The notes beneath the pieces were generated by a model that had not been told where the DNA came from, ran no database searches, and saw nothing but the letters and a program-made list of their open reading frames with translations. A stretch of DNA of 39,093 nt from Dimargaris cristalligena (taxonomy: Eukaryota), in the NCBI GenBank assembly GCA_003614675.1, contig ML002355.1, positions 1-39,093 on the forward strand. Reading direction: 5' to 3'. Below are positions 12,900-26,442 of this stretch, in pieces. The translations under genes were made by a program, and so were the position numbers. How positions within the stretch are numbered: the stretch's first letter is position 1; every line of letters begins with the position of its first letter.

Positions 12900-15040
12900 A
12901 GAGCAAGCTTGTATTTTATTTGTCCTGGAGTTTGACACCTTTTGTCGCTCCGTCTATTTTCTTTTGGCCGGCTCTCCGATTACCCTCGGATCCAGCCGGT
13001 CTTGCATTCCGATTGACCCAGTAAGCCCAATAAACTAACCCATTCCCGTCAATGCTGAACCCACTGAGTAAGAGATTCCCTTGGCTGTAGAATCGCTGTC
13101 TTCCGGATCTTAGGCACCTCCTGGCTGCAAGTATCACTTGTGGTGTGTACTGTGCTGGGTGGGTAAGTCCGAAATTGGTGTTTATATCACACCATTATAG
13201 TCATTTTTGTACTGGCTATTTCCCCCTCCTTTCGCTAACGGCTCGTCCATACACCGTGACTTGATCTGTTAGAAAAGGAGGGACAATAAACTTAGGTCCA
13301 TAGAGTGGGCGTGAGGTGGTGCCCTAATGTAGGGATCACTTCACTTCCCCATTCGTATCCACCATAACTTGTGCATCAGGTCTCCAGCGGGCTAAGCTCT
13401 TACGGGCTTGATCCATCCATGCTGGATGGGCTGGTGTCGGTGGGTAGGTCCAACATTCCCATCATTACTACTATTCCTATGTTGTATTGGGCTTTTTTGG
13501 TTTCTGCAACTGAATAACCCTGTATGAACTGATGGCCATTTTATTTACCTACAATCTAGTCTTGTACTTTGGTCAATATCTTATAATAAAATGCCCGATC
13601 TATGAACAATTATTTGGCATAAATCCTGTTTTGTGAACCCGGTTGTGATTCGTTGTTAGAAGACCGCTTTTTCCAGATTGTATATTGCTGGAGGGGGGTC
13701 GTTTTAAACTGAAATAGTTGATATTATGACTAGCGGCTGTAGTTCTGGGACAGGGCCATTTTGTAATTGTTGATGTACTTGGTCAGTCAAGCTAAACCAG
13801 CTTGGCTGAGTTTTATTAGATGTAATCCATTCGGGTTTATGGAATATGGTTTAGCGGCCCATGTCCCGGATTGATCCGGTATATGCTATTACTTACGTCT
13901 ACCAATAGATATAATCCCTAACCTTTTACGACAGTGTCTTTACAAAGATAGTAAACACGAGCAAGGCATTACCATCCCGGCGTTGTTATGCTTGTGCTCA
14001 CCCAATTCGCACCGCATTTTCCACCCTATTTTTAACTATTGGGGATTTCCCGTAGAGTGTTTGGATCCGGGCATCCTATATACCCGAAATATGGCAGAAT
14101 TAATGGTCGCCAGAAACCATGCTCCCTAAAATAGCTGGGGAATAGGTCTACACATTGCCTCCAGTATCTGCATGGGAGGTACTCGATGCAATGACCCAAA
14201 CCGGCGGATGTAAAGTATGTGAATATACCCCTGCTCTTAACCAGAAAGGCCCATCTGAACAACGGATTTGCCTTTCCTTAGATAAGCTAAATGTGCCCCA
14301 TGTTCCGGTAGTTGGTGCCTAGCCCCCCCCCCCCATTCACTACACGGTTGCACGTTTTAGGAATGGGGTTATCCGATGATCATCCTAGTTGTATTGGGCT
14401 AACTCAGTGGGATTAATAATAATGATGAGCCATTCCCCAACAATGGGTATGATGTAAGTATAAATAGGCCCTGGGTCTAATAATTAATATTGAATTACGT
14501 ATGATGGTGGCCCACGAATTCGTTAAAATGGAATGGCTCTGGAGTTTATGAAATGTTAGTCTCTGGAGGTGTTGGCCCATAGTCATTGGAAAATCCTCAA
14601 TGAGGCAAATGGTTGATCTGCGGCAACGGATAGTAGTGCCAAGGCTTTCTGGTTTAGAATAAAACAATGTCCCCCAATTAAATCGAATAAAATGGGAGAG
14701 CGTGCTGATTTAGTGTAGGTCTTGGGGAGCAATCCGGCTGGGTGGTCGAGCCCTGGCTCTATACCCAGTTTGATAAGGAACTGAAGGCACCGGGCAATGT
14801 CTAGTTGGCTGTGTGCTTTCTTAAGTCTATTACTAGGGTATGGATGATTCGGTTGATTTTAAGGCCAACTCCCTTGAACTAGCCGAGCGTGAACTCAAAG
14901 TAAACTTACCCACTGTTCCCATTATTCGTTTGCTTTTACAGCCCCTTCTCAAACCTTTAGTATTGAGTGACAAGGCCCGAAATAGAGGAACTTCTTAAAA
15001 GCATATTTAGGTACAGTGATGAACCGAGAAGCAAGTAGGG
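12900..15040 (+). pseudogene. Possible decayed multi-exon gene, product unidentified
   Basis: Regularly spaced plus-strand splice signals (GTAAGC 13021, TAG 13090, GTAAGT 13163, GCTAAC 13234, TAG 13272, TAG 14360, GTAAGT 14454) around protein-like frames interrupted by TAA/TAG/TGA. No continuous ORF could be assembled. Confidence 0.2.
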
Positions 15041-18000
15041 AGTCACACATACACCAACATCACCCGGGCGGTTCAGCCCGCGGATTGGTTGACCTATCCC
15101 CCCAAAAAGAGGGACACAGTGACTTTGCAACTCCCGATGGCGATCAACGTATTCTTGGGAACTCCGCTGGGGAGGAAGAGGTGTAGGCTGATTCGGTCAG
15201 TATCGTTTTTGGCAGTCCTGGTGGATTTACGGTCGGACATTCTATTCACCAGACTATATTCCCATGAATTGTCAGATTATTATTGCTATCCCAGTTTGGG
15301 AGCATGGTCTAACTAATGTCATCATTTTAGGTAACTGATTAGTTAATAGTAGGCTAACTATACAGTGTATTAGCATGAGGGATGGAAATAGCGGGTATGA
15401 ATATCCGCCATAGTCTGGCTTTTGTTTTTTATTATGGACCCAGAGGAAGATGTTGCTTAGACTACTTGCCTAATGCCACCTCAAAACAAAGATCCCCCAA
15501 ATGGGGCCCCAATTTTATTTTAGGTGAACTCGGTCGAAGCTGACTAAGTCGTTGGTAAATAGGTTAATCGATTGCTTCATTTGTATATTTCGAAAAAAAT
15601 GGATCTGAAGGGGGGGCCAAGACTTACATGGTGGATCTCTCAGCTCAGCGTAATCCCACCGCTTTTTGAGTACCGTTCAATTGGTCCCGAGTTACAATAT
15701 ACTACCATTCCAACGGCGCTCCCCCGTATTAACTAAATACAGACGCATCAAACCAGCCCCGGTTTTTTGAAGAGATTGCTCACGTCCTTATAGACTCCGA
15801 CTGATACTGGTCTCTCTTAGAACAGCATGAGCGCACCAATGGGGACTGTGAGGACATATTCAATTTACGTCGAAATTTTCCGAGTATATTAGATTGGGGA
15901 TTATTCTAAACTACGTTATTTAGGCACTGATGTGCCCAACTATTCCGAAGGTTGGGTTTGTTTATAATTGTGAATATCCTAAGGAATAGGTCAGCGTGGG
16001 TATCACCGGTGGGACGGTAAGAGTTGGGGATGGAGGTGGTGATAAAGGATGTCGAGTATATGGCTAAACCGCCAGGGCTATCAACCGGGGTCAGAAGACC
16101 AATTAATCCCCCCCCTCCCCAATCCGACCCCTTTCCTTCTCCCTCTCCACCCACTCTTCGATTATACTTTAACCGATGAAACAGAAGGCCATAACACACA
16201 CACACACCACCACCATTCCGAACCATTGAATTCCCGATTTGGAGTACAGCGTATTTATGAATAAGATATTACCTTTGGAGGTAACAGGTTCACCCCCTAT
16301 TTCCTTTTAAGAGGCAGGGTTATCTAATTTTGATTGGTGGCCAATACAATCGGCCGAAGCCACCGTCTTGGGCGGAGGGGCCATGTATACTGATTGTCCA
16401 TGAAGTGTAAAGGATTGTCTTCTGTATATATATATTTAAGAAAAGGGGAGGGTCTCCACTTTGGGTGAAGAAACGGGGGCTTCCATGAAGGTTAAAGAAC
16501 AATAAAATACCGAATTTTAACAGTATATAGTCTTTAGAATCTGGGCCGAAGAACCCCCTATTTACCCATTATCTGTGCTAAGCACATAGCCGACTGAGAT
16601 TATTATTATAGCCATCTATACAGTCACGACTAGACACCCTTCCGCCCATGGTGATGGTGGTAGGAGAGGGGCCTTTCCTATTTACCCCCGCGATAAGGGG
16701 AGAATGCCACAATGGGCCAAGTCAAACTAACTGGCGGAATTTGAAGTACCTTGTCAACCACCGTGGCGCTACGGGTGTTTCAGAAAATCCGGAAATACAA
16801 TCTAACCTATATCCTTCAGTGGGAAGTTGCTACCGTGACCCCATATAGCCTTACCGAGAAACACCGGTCAACCTAGGCGAAGCGATAGCTTTGGCATTAG
16901 TCGGGACGAATATCTAAAGTATTCTATTAAATCTGAGCCAATTTAATTTCACTCATTTGACCCAAGTTTCAGTTGGTCTGGAAGCCGGAAGAGAGGGGGG
17001 AGATAATGGGTTGTTAAAATTATTTCTCTAGTCGGCCCATTTCTCCGACGGCTAGAAGAAAAACAATGATGACTCAGGCAATTTTCCCCGCCTTTCTTCA
17101 ACAATACCTCATTCGCACACCCACACCTACACATATAATATATATACATCCACACATACACAAACGCACACACGTAGACAAATTCAAAGCCTCTAGACCC
17201 ATTAGTTGTCACTTAAACCTAAATAAGTGGCCCCGTACCGACTACTCCTTGCATATTACTAAATGCAGGGGTGGGGGTGAGAGAATGTGAGGGTAAAGAC
17301 AGTTTGGATTGGTTTTTAGCCAGGCTGGGTCTTGGTGTACAATTGTTAGGCATGTTTTTCCCGGTTGGATCCCGACATTCGGTAACCGAGTTTCTGGGGA
17401 GGAAAGGTAAGGTGAGGGGTGGGGTGGGGGGGTATGGCGAAAACCAAATGACCCATTCCATTTAAGCAGGTGAAGCTCAACTGGTTATCTAGGTTCAACC
17501 ACCTTTCCTGGCAATTGTTATTTTGAAACAATTTTCTTTGTTTGCCTTTGTTTCGTATAACTATTTATGGAGTGGGGAAGTGTGGGGGGGGGGGGCTTGT
17601 CCAATACATACATGGCATCCACCCTTCAACAGACACCTCCACACCTTCACACACACACCCCACAATCGTAGCAGTGAATAACTCGATGGATGGGCTCTAT
17701 TATAAAACATAGGGATGCGAGCGAGGGAATGACGAAACCGGGAACCGTCCCAACGTTTAGGGGCAAATGGACATTGGCGTTTCATCTAACCTAGTTAGAC
17801 TTAATATTGGAAACCGGTACGTCAGATTGGGGAAGCTGTTTGTGAGGTGGCGAGATAGGGGGGAGGGTGAGGGCGTGAGGGTTGGGCGGAAATTCAAGAG
17901 GGTGCGGGAAAGGGGGAAGAAATCAAAAATGGGTGTATGGGACACCAAGGTGCACTGCCCCCCATTGATATTCCTTGTCTTTTAAAGCACCCCAAGGCAC

Positions 18001-21000
18001 AGACATTCTTCATCCTAACCCACCATTATTCAGTGGGATTTGGTATGATCACGTAAAAATGGTTAATGTTGCATGTATATATGTATATGTATATGTATAT
18101 GTGTGTGCGTGTATATAGTTTATTTAATTCAATATAAGGTTAGGTTTGAAATCAGGTACTTATGGGAAGTGAGAGCAGTCTCAATTGACTAATAGGACCT
18201 TCATTTATTAGTTCATTTTTGTGACATACTCTCCCTAAATTCCTCCCACATTATTGAGTTACCCCCCTCCCCTCCTTCCCCCCAATGTTCGGTACATGGT
18301 CATCTATGGACCTTTGTAATACACTGGATGCTTAATGTAACAGGTTTCCGGACACTTGGAAACGCTGCAAGGGTGACTCGCCCGTATATTAAAAAATACC
18401 TCGTAAAATCAGCCGATGGAACGGGATTTATGGTTGGATCAAGGGGCGCAGGAGGTTATTAGTAAGATGCCAAGAACTGAATCGGATGTCGGGATATTGT
18501 CCAAAGGACTCGGGGACGGCTGTATACATTTACCGTTACCCTGATTGTGTTGTCTTTTATAATAATGTATGGCGCGCTGTTTACACATGTTCCCCCCCAA
18601 ATAAATAAATAAATGAAACAGGCCCTAATGGGCCAACAGCCACGCCACTGATCCCCCGATTCGGTAGTATAGAGCAGAGGTGGGGAAACGCATCTGTAAA
18701 CCTACCGAAAATTGATCAGGCTTACCGGCTAAATCCAATGGGGATCCTCCACCCGAGATTGTAACCCCCCAGTTTAATCAGATGGTACCCATCTAAACAG
18801 TGATTAATCAATTACCGTATTGCTTACTCCATTCCCACCCTTTGCATCGGCCCCACAAACTCTAAAAAAAATTAAAAAAATAGACCGAATGCGGTGGTCT
18901 CCATGCGTTCCAGCGTCGATAAATTACTGCAATAATATCCGAATTATACTAATCTACATCAGACCCATCCATTACCACATTCGCGTAACATTTTTATCGG
19001 GGCCCGCCGACTAGGTTTGGGTCCATACACCGGAGCTGTACATTAAAGTACCACAACATGTTTATTATGAATCATACGCTCGGAGGAATATCCTGCGACA
19101 GGCCATCCATTCGGCTCGCACACTATCCCATGTAGTGTACGCTGCGTCTACTTTGTCAGTCGAATGTGTGGTCGGACTGTACCTCGAAAGTGTTCGCTTA
19201 GGGAGGGGGACAGCGGTTAAACGTAAGCTCGGATGCCAGAATGCTGGAGTGGGATATACATAGGACGGGGATCTGAAAGAAGGTAACGGGGGAACCAGGC
19301 CGAAAATGGAACTTCCCAGTCGCAAGTAGTCGCGACAGTGGCTCAAGCGAGCTTGTCATCCATGCACAGCTTACAGGGGGAGGTGTGGGGGGGGGGGTTA
19401 TAGTAGCGGTCAATTATCCCAGCAATGGTACATTTGGCATTAGAGTTCCCTATTCCATTCTATCCTTTCGTCACCGGACCAAGCCCCCCACCCCCGGAAT
19501 AACCAACTCCCTATTCCGATAAATGATGTTCGAGTACCCGCAGGTTTATGAGTAAATAAGTGAGTATAGCGAACGCTAGCCATACCTCCTTAAAATAATA
19601 ACAACAACAACCAGCTATACATCCAACGCCAAAACGATAACTACTGCCCCCACTCCCCGTAGGTCCAATGAAGGGGGGGGGGACCAGAATATTAATATTA
19701 TCTCGGGCCCTAACCCCTAAAAATCAGACCATTCCGAAAAACTACATCTTAAAATTGCGAAAAGTCGCACTGCATATCACAGGGTATAGCCACGGAATTC
19801 CGGTACCCTGGGAGTGGCGTTGGTGCACCAGATAGATCACCGGGCATTTACGGGGAGAAGAGCCGGTTGTCACCTCCCCCTTCTTACGCTTGGAATCGAT
19901 AGTTCGTGACCATGTTCAAATGGGTGGATTCCACGGTACCGGGTGCATTATCCATCTGCAGCTTGAATAGGTGGAGGGGGGGGGAGGTAGTTGAGTGAAC
20001 TACATACCCACTAGACTGGGGTAGGGGTTCGACCGGGCGTGATAGGAATGTTCTGATATAGGCGAAATTCGGCCCAGCTGTATAAGGATTTAAATGATTA
20101 GTGTATGGGATATTTATTTTAAACCAGTAATATTTGCTTCATCCAACGGATATGTTGTTATACAGCTCGGCTGAACCTTTCCCATATGAACGTTGGGATG
20201 GGTAGAGCTTGTGCCTCACTGCACCGTTTCCTAATACCGGCACTGCTTTTTCCGGATCCATCCATGTCGATATAAATATGTAACTGGATGGGCGATGTAA
20301 AAAGTAAGGGTAAGGGGGGTTATAAAGGTGAGGGTGAAACGGGCCGGAACTTTTCTTTTTGCTGAATTCTGCATTAATTTAGCAATGTTGGGGGAATGTA
20401 ATTTAGGCAGTACAATGGGTCCTGCCTGGCGGTATTGACTCGCTGCATCCATAGTTCCAGAGTGGCCAGAGGGGCACACTAATAAAAAAAAATAGGTATG
20501 GTGTAAGGGGTGTTGCAATCATTAGTTGGCAGGTATAATTAATCCTGATAGGGTAGGTCTATGAATAACCCCTTCAGAGAATACGGAGAGTCGGAAAAGG
20601 CCCTATCCCTTGTATTTCGGCGCAAAATATATCTTTTTTGGAAGGGATAGTAGCATCAGGTTGGAAAATACCTGGAAATGGTAGATCTGGAACAAAAAAA
20701 TACGTAGGGGCTGCAGCTGTAGTCAGTAAATTCCGCCTCATTGAGCCGATTGTTCGGATGGCGGTTGAACTGGTCGTCGCCTTATTTGCTGTCACAAGTC
20801 AGATTGTATGATCTTAGGGGGAAAACCCGGGTCTGTTTACCAAACTGGTTTTCATGTGAAAAGCTCCTTGTTTATCGATGGATTATATCGCTGAGACGAT
20901 GAGACTGAATACTATGCAATTATGTGAAGCAGAACCAGAAGAATGTCTGGAACATGTAGTATATTTTCAGTTTAATAAGTCAAATATTAAATGGAATTGA

Positions 21001-24000
21001 TCATGACGTTGTAATCTATTTTGGGTGTGTATGTATGTGTGGAAGTCGCATGACGAGGGAAATGAATTGGTGGCTGGTATGTAGTGGTTGATCGTGGTTC
21101 ATCATCTAAAATGAGACTACCTGTCTGACATTTTATTTTGTGGGGGGGGAGGGAATCCACCAGGCCATTCTTTCCAATGTTTTGGGTGGCAGTGTATGGG
21201 AGGGGTGGACCAGGGCTGGTATGGACGTGTGACCTTAGATGCGGACATGCTAGTTGCCTCCCTCCCCCTTTTTTGTATGTGTTGGCATCCTTCGATTTTC
21301 GGGCCATCTGCTGGTTAATGTGGACTAGGTGCGTCCGTGTCTGTGTGTATGTGCCTGGTGGGGGCGGAGAGAGAGAGAGACAAAGACAGTGTGACCACGG
21401 TGGTCCGGATAGTTGGTTAAGACGCCGGAAGCAGCGAACAAAGAAATGGGTGAATGAGAAAAACGAAGATAATGTCTGGAAATGGATGTGGACGGAGGAT
21501 GTTTGAGGATGGGGGGGCGTGCTCGACCGGGACCGGTAAAGTGATCGCCTACCACCCACTGACCTACCCACCATTTTCCTCTCCCACTCAACCGTCCTTT
21601 CTTCCGCCGCTCACATCCATTTTGGGATATTCGGTAGGGTAAGCGGGCTCTCCAAGTCACCTCGCTCTTTTCCTCCCGTCAACCTATTTTCTCTGTCTGG
21701 TTTCGCTCTATCCATCACCACCTGGCTCCCCACAGTCCACTTTCACGCACCCTGTCTTTTCAGCGAAAGGACCGGTGGTCGACCGTAGAGCAATGTCACT
21801 AGATGTAATTGGACAAGGGGAGGGTGGAGGGGAGTAGAGTAGAGTAGAGTTGAGTTGAGCTGAATGTAATAATGTAGGGATGGCAAACCATATATTCCCC
21901 GCCCTTACGGCCACGCTAACCCTCCGACTCACTGGGTCCAAGCCCACCACCACCGGACCGGATTTCTTCACACACATACATATACACACGCATACCGGCC
22001 ATTAGGACATCTCCACATGTTCTCCTTGCCCACACACCACACCACACCACACCACACACGCACACACATATATATACACGTCACCGCCGAGAGTCCGGTA
22101 GACTTGCCAAGTTATTTCCTACCCGGTTTCCCACTTGTTTAATCTTCAGGAGGTAATCAAGTTAATTCGGGTGAGCGGGACTGAATGGACTACTCCCGGG
22201 TTCGTTTGAATTTAATACCAATATCATAATCTACAAGATGAAGGGGGGGAAAGGGGGAAGTAGAACCAATGGCGTGTTGTAAGTGGCTTTTTAATTGACA
22301 GGCTGGCTAAATAAGGGGGTAGAGCGATTGTGATTTCCCCGGCAGAGGTGGTGGCACCGGTCTACCGGATTGTTTTTTTTGCCACAGTAAAGGGTTAGGG
22401 CAGAATCTAATAGAAACAACCCTGTTTGATAAGTATGGTCAAGGGGATATAGGGAGATTCATAAATTCATTATTCTAGCGAAACGGGAAGTTGTACTAGT
22501 CGTTTACCAAGCCAAGTCAAGTGTATGTGTGTGTGAATATGTGAATGTGAATCACACCCAGAAGTCATGATGATTACCATTTCTTCTCCCCTCCCTCCTC
22601 CCATTTTATGTTTCCACTGGGAGCCAATATTTCGGCAATGATCACTATAAAGGTCCATGGGGTCAGTAATACTCGGATCGAGTCATGCCAGTGTAATTAC
22701 CGGATATCCATGAAAGTAGAAATGTGTGAGTGAGTGTGTATGTGTGGGTGGGATGCTTTATTGGGATGGATGTATACATCCTGCTGGGTCAGTAGCGGAT
22801 CCTCTAAAGCCATAGTGTGTGACCTGTCTGATGCCTGGTGGCGGGGAATAGAAATAGTACAGCTCACCTTCTGATAAAAAGGCGCGGGCTTTTCGTGCTA
22901 ATAATAGTACTCGTAAAGTCCATACGATGGAGATGTGGGGGCTATAGGGTTGGGGATGATGAAAAGGGGGGATTTCGTTGGTAGTTGGAGAATGTGAATA
23001 TATGGGAGTGGCTCAACAAGGCTGTAGAACGAAAAATCCATATGATGAGGCAAAGGCTACTGGTTGAAAATAAACATCCCACCGATTTTCCCATATACAC
23101 GTATCAGTTGAACCATACAACCGAGTTGAACTTCACCCATATTCTCCTCTCTCTCTCGTATGGCTCATGATTGGACCAGTAGGGCCGGACTTACCACTCG
23201 GCTGGTAAATGCCAAAGTGTTGGTTGGTCCGAGCCTGGGAAGAAGACGATTGGATGGGCCCTATAATCTACCAACCCCCTAATGGCATCCATATCCTATA
23301 TATACCCCCTATATACACCTGTTTGCCATCACTTTTATTCTCACCCAGGCGTCGGGCAGGTGCAGCGAGTATAGCACCAAATCAGTATAATACCCGAATG
23401 AGAAGGTGTTGTACAGGGGATAAGGCCCACCTGCCCCGCCATTTGTGTTACGTGAAAGCTTTACAACATTCCCCTATCTTATTCATCCAAGAGGAAAAGG
23501 GAGGAGGTGGGGGGGGGATAATCAACGGGCGGGGCCTAGTTTTTCCACCAAATCAAATTTGAGGAGGCATTGAATTGGTGGCGGGGAAAAGGTGGGTTGG
23601 AGAGTCACCTCCGCTTTGCTTTAATAGGCCGATCCCATTTAGCACGTGCGTTTGGGTAGTAAGCAAGTGGGGGGAGGGAAGAAGGGATAGAGAGAAGCAC
23701 ATATCCTCCCCCATCCCAGGCAGGTCAGTCAGTGACAGGCCGGCGGGGGAGGCGGATGGCGTGTTGGTGTTGTCGTTGTCCCATTTTTCTGGGCAACAGG
23801 CGGTTATCCGATAGGTCGGTAAAGCAATAAATGAATGGCTGGCATTTGATCCAGGTTTGGGACCACCAGGGCCCTTGCTTGGCTGCATTTGTAATTTAAG
23901 TGGTCCTCCCCAAATAGCCTGGCATAACTGCTGACTGCATTTTGGGCCATGAGTGGTCCAATATAGGCAGAGCCACTTGGAGGCGTCACCGATGGTGGTT

Positions 24001-26430
24001 AATACTGATGACTGACTGAGACTCTACTCTCCCTCTCTCCTCCTCATACACGCCCCTCTCCTACATGCTATCCAAAAAGCATGGGCCTAATATGTTCATA
24101 CCCAATACTGTTGCCATTAGTCCTAGGGCCTTTGCACATTAGCCAATCTTTGGGTCCCTTATTATTTTTTATATGGTTGGCGTGTCTCCTCCCCTCCTCC
24201 TCCCCCGTTCACACACACATATACCCAGTTTTTGGTAAACCCAGGAACTCCTCACCCCTTTTCCGCCCGTACGTCATTATTATTCGTTCCTATTCTCCGG
24301 TTAGTATATTTTTCCTAGCTCTTTTGTATTTAATTGCTTTGTCTTCAGACCCATGCTGATGTTTAATATATATGATATATAGAGAAAAAATCACCGTGTT
24401 TACTAGCCGCAGAAGATAGGCAAGGCGCAGCTGGGATGGGAAAGATAATCAAGTCCTAAATCCCTCGCGAATATATCCGATCCCACCGGTTGGAATACGG
24501 TGAACCCATGGTATTGGTTCGTTGATTCTTCCCACCGTTCATTCTCTCAAATGAACAACAATGGGTGGGAGGGTCTCATATGAAAAAGCACAGGGGAGGA
24601 GGGCATCATGGCTGGATTTGGCAGGCGTGATCACATTAGGGAAGAATAACCACCAACTGACTCTCTTTTTTGGCTCTATTGATACAGTGTTTCTTCTTCC
24701 AGCCCGGGGGTCAGGAAGTTTCAGCCCAACAAGGTCCTGTGACTGGGGGGGGGGGGTAAAGGAGCCAGAAGAAGACATAGGGATAGAGGGGGTCATTGGT
24801 GAGTGCTAGGTGGAAGTTTGGGGGTGGGGGGGATACATCATGCCATCATACCGAAAGGGAGGCAAAGAGACTTTAGACAGGTATATGAAAGGGGGGGATC
24901 CATATTGGTGGATTGGCGGCGGTGAATCGGAAGGACAACAAGACTAGGGATTTTGAAGCAAATCAGAAGGTGGCCTTATTGTCGATTGTATTAACTATCC
25001 AGAATTTTCTATACAGAGGGGTACTAAATAATCAACTTGAAGGTTTGCCCCATTATCGAGGGCGACGATACCATCATACTCCTCCCCCTTCCTCCGCCAG
25101 GCTATAGACAGCCAATCGGATGGTAGAATCGGAGGGGAGGGGTGAGCATCCCTTGGACTTTGCTTTTTAGGCGTTATGCTTTACCGGCCTCCGCTTCGGG
25201 CCAGTCTATCGGCATATGTCATTTGTCGAGCCCAAGAAATCATTGGCACGTCTACTGAGAGTTAATGTGGGGTACAAATCTTGCTTAATTCGATCTACTT
25301 CAAACGTGCGTTATATTTATGGTCGTCACTCTAGACCATGTCGCATTGGCCCTGTGTCCCGATCCAGGCGACTACTGCCGCTCGGTGAAGATGCTGTGGC
25401 CAAATTGAGGATGGCGGGTCAATCACCCCCATTGACTAGATAGTTGTATCCCGCCTCAGTCTGACAGTATATTTATTGGCATAGATTGATATTGCTATTG
25501 ATATTGGTGTTGATGTTGACATTAGACTCGCAGGGCATCTGCCCCCCACCGCCAAGTCTAAATCTTGACGCGAACCCGGCCGTCCGGATGGCGTGGGTAC
25601 ACCCCTGCTATGGCCCAGCCAGACTGAGTCAACCCGGCCGTAGCTCTCCTCTGCTCCCCATCGGGCGCCATTGACTTCAATGATCCCATGAATCAACCGT
25701 GGTGGATCGGCTTGATTTTTGTATGATTACTTGGTGATACGAGAAAGGTAAAATAAGTCAATGGAGTGTCCATTGGTATTGTTCAGTATGTAATGCCAGC
25801 GAAAGGAAGGAAAACAACGACCCGCTCTGTATGACAGTCCCTCGTTGGACGGGTGACGCTCTCCTAGAGACCCGCGTGTGCCTAATTCGTATTCGATCTA
25901 CTTACCCCTATCACTTGCCAACCCACCCCGTTTATAACTCCCCCGGCGGAGAATGGTAAGGGTGCCCCCCCCCTCTTTACACGAGAAGGGGTCCCTCCCC
26001 CATTGTTTCCATATCGGTGTGCCTGCCCTTATTATGCCGCGTGCGGGATCCTGCCGATGCCCTCGTCATCCCCAACAGTCCGGGTTTCCTTCTCCTTTTT
26101 TTTAACCTTATATGTCTCTCTTATTTTCTGCTTCGGGCTATTTTGGTCGCATGCACCCGTATCCCTGGGCCCAACCCACTCAGTCAAGGAGGAGTGTATG
26201 TGCATGTCTACCCGAAAAACACGGCAATCTCCCGCTTTTTATACCCTTTGGTGCGGAGTTCCCCTCCCTATGCATTCCCGTGCCAGCACCGCGCATACAG
26301 TCACGGTCAGCACCACCATTACTACTGACCCTCCTTCTCTCCTTTCCTTACATGCGGCCCCTGCGCCCGACCTTCATTGCGCATGTATGCGCGACACTGC
26401 ATATAACTTCACATTATTTTTAATTTAGGG

Positions 26431-26442
26431 TATAAATATAAA
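26431..26442 (+). promoter_or_regulatory. Strong TATA-like element about 2 kb upstream of the velvet ATG
   Basis: TATAAATATAAA followed about 20 nt later by a CT-rich tract (tcttctttctctctctcacc). Confidence 0.35.

Noticed and set aside
16820..16900. Faint resemblance to the 5' part of 5S rRNA (CCATAT...GAAACACCG)
   Set aside because: The rest of the 5S sequence and the terminal helix are absent.
19526..20035. GTTCGA B-box-like motifs at about 19528 and 20027 suggesting tRNAs
   Set aside because: No A box or cloverleaf stems around either site.
20987..21660. Overlapping 110-195 aa ORFs on both strands
   Set aside because: Derived from low-complexity purine/GT-rich sequence; no protein-family features.
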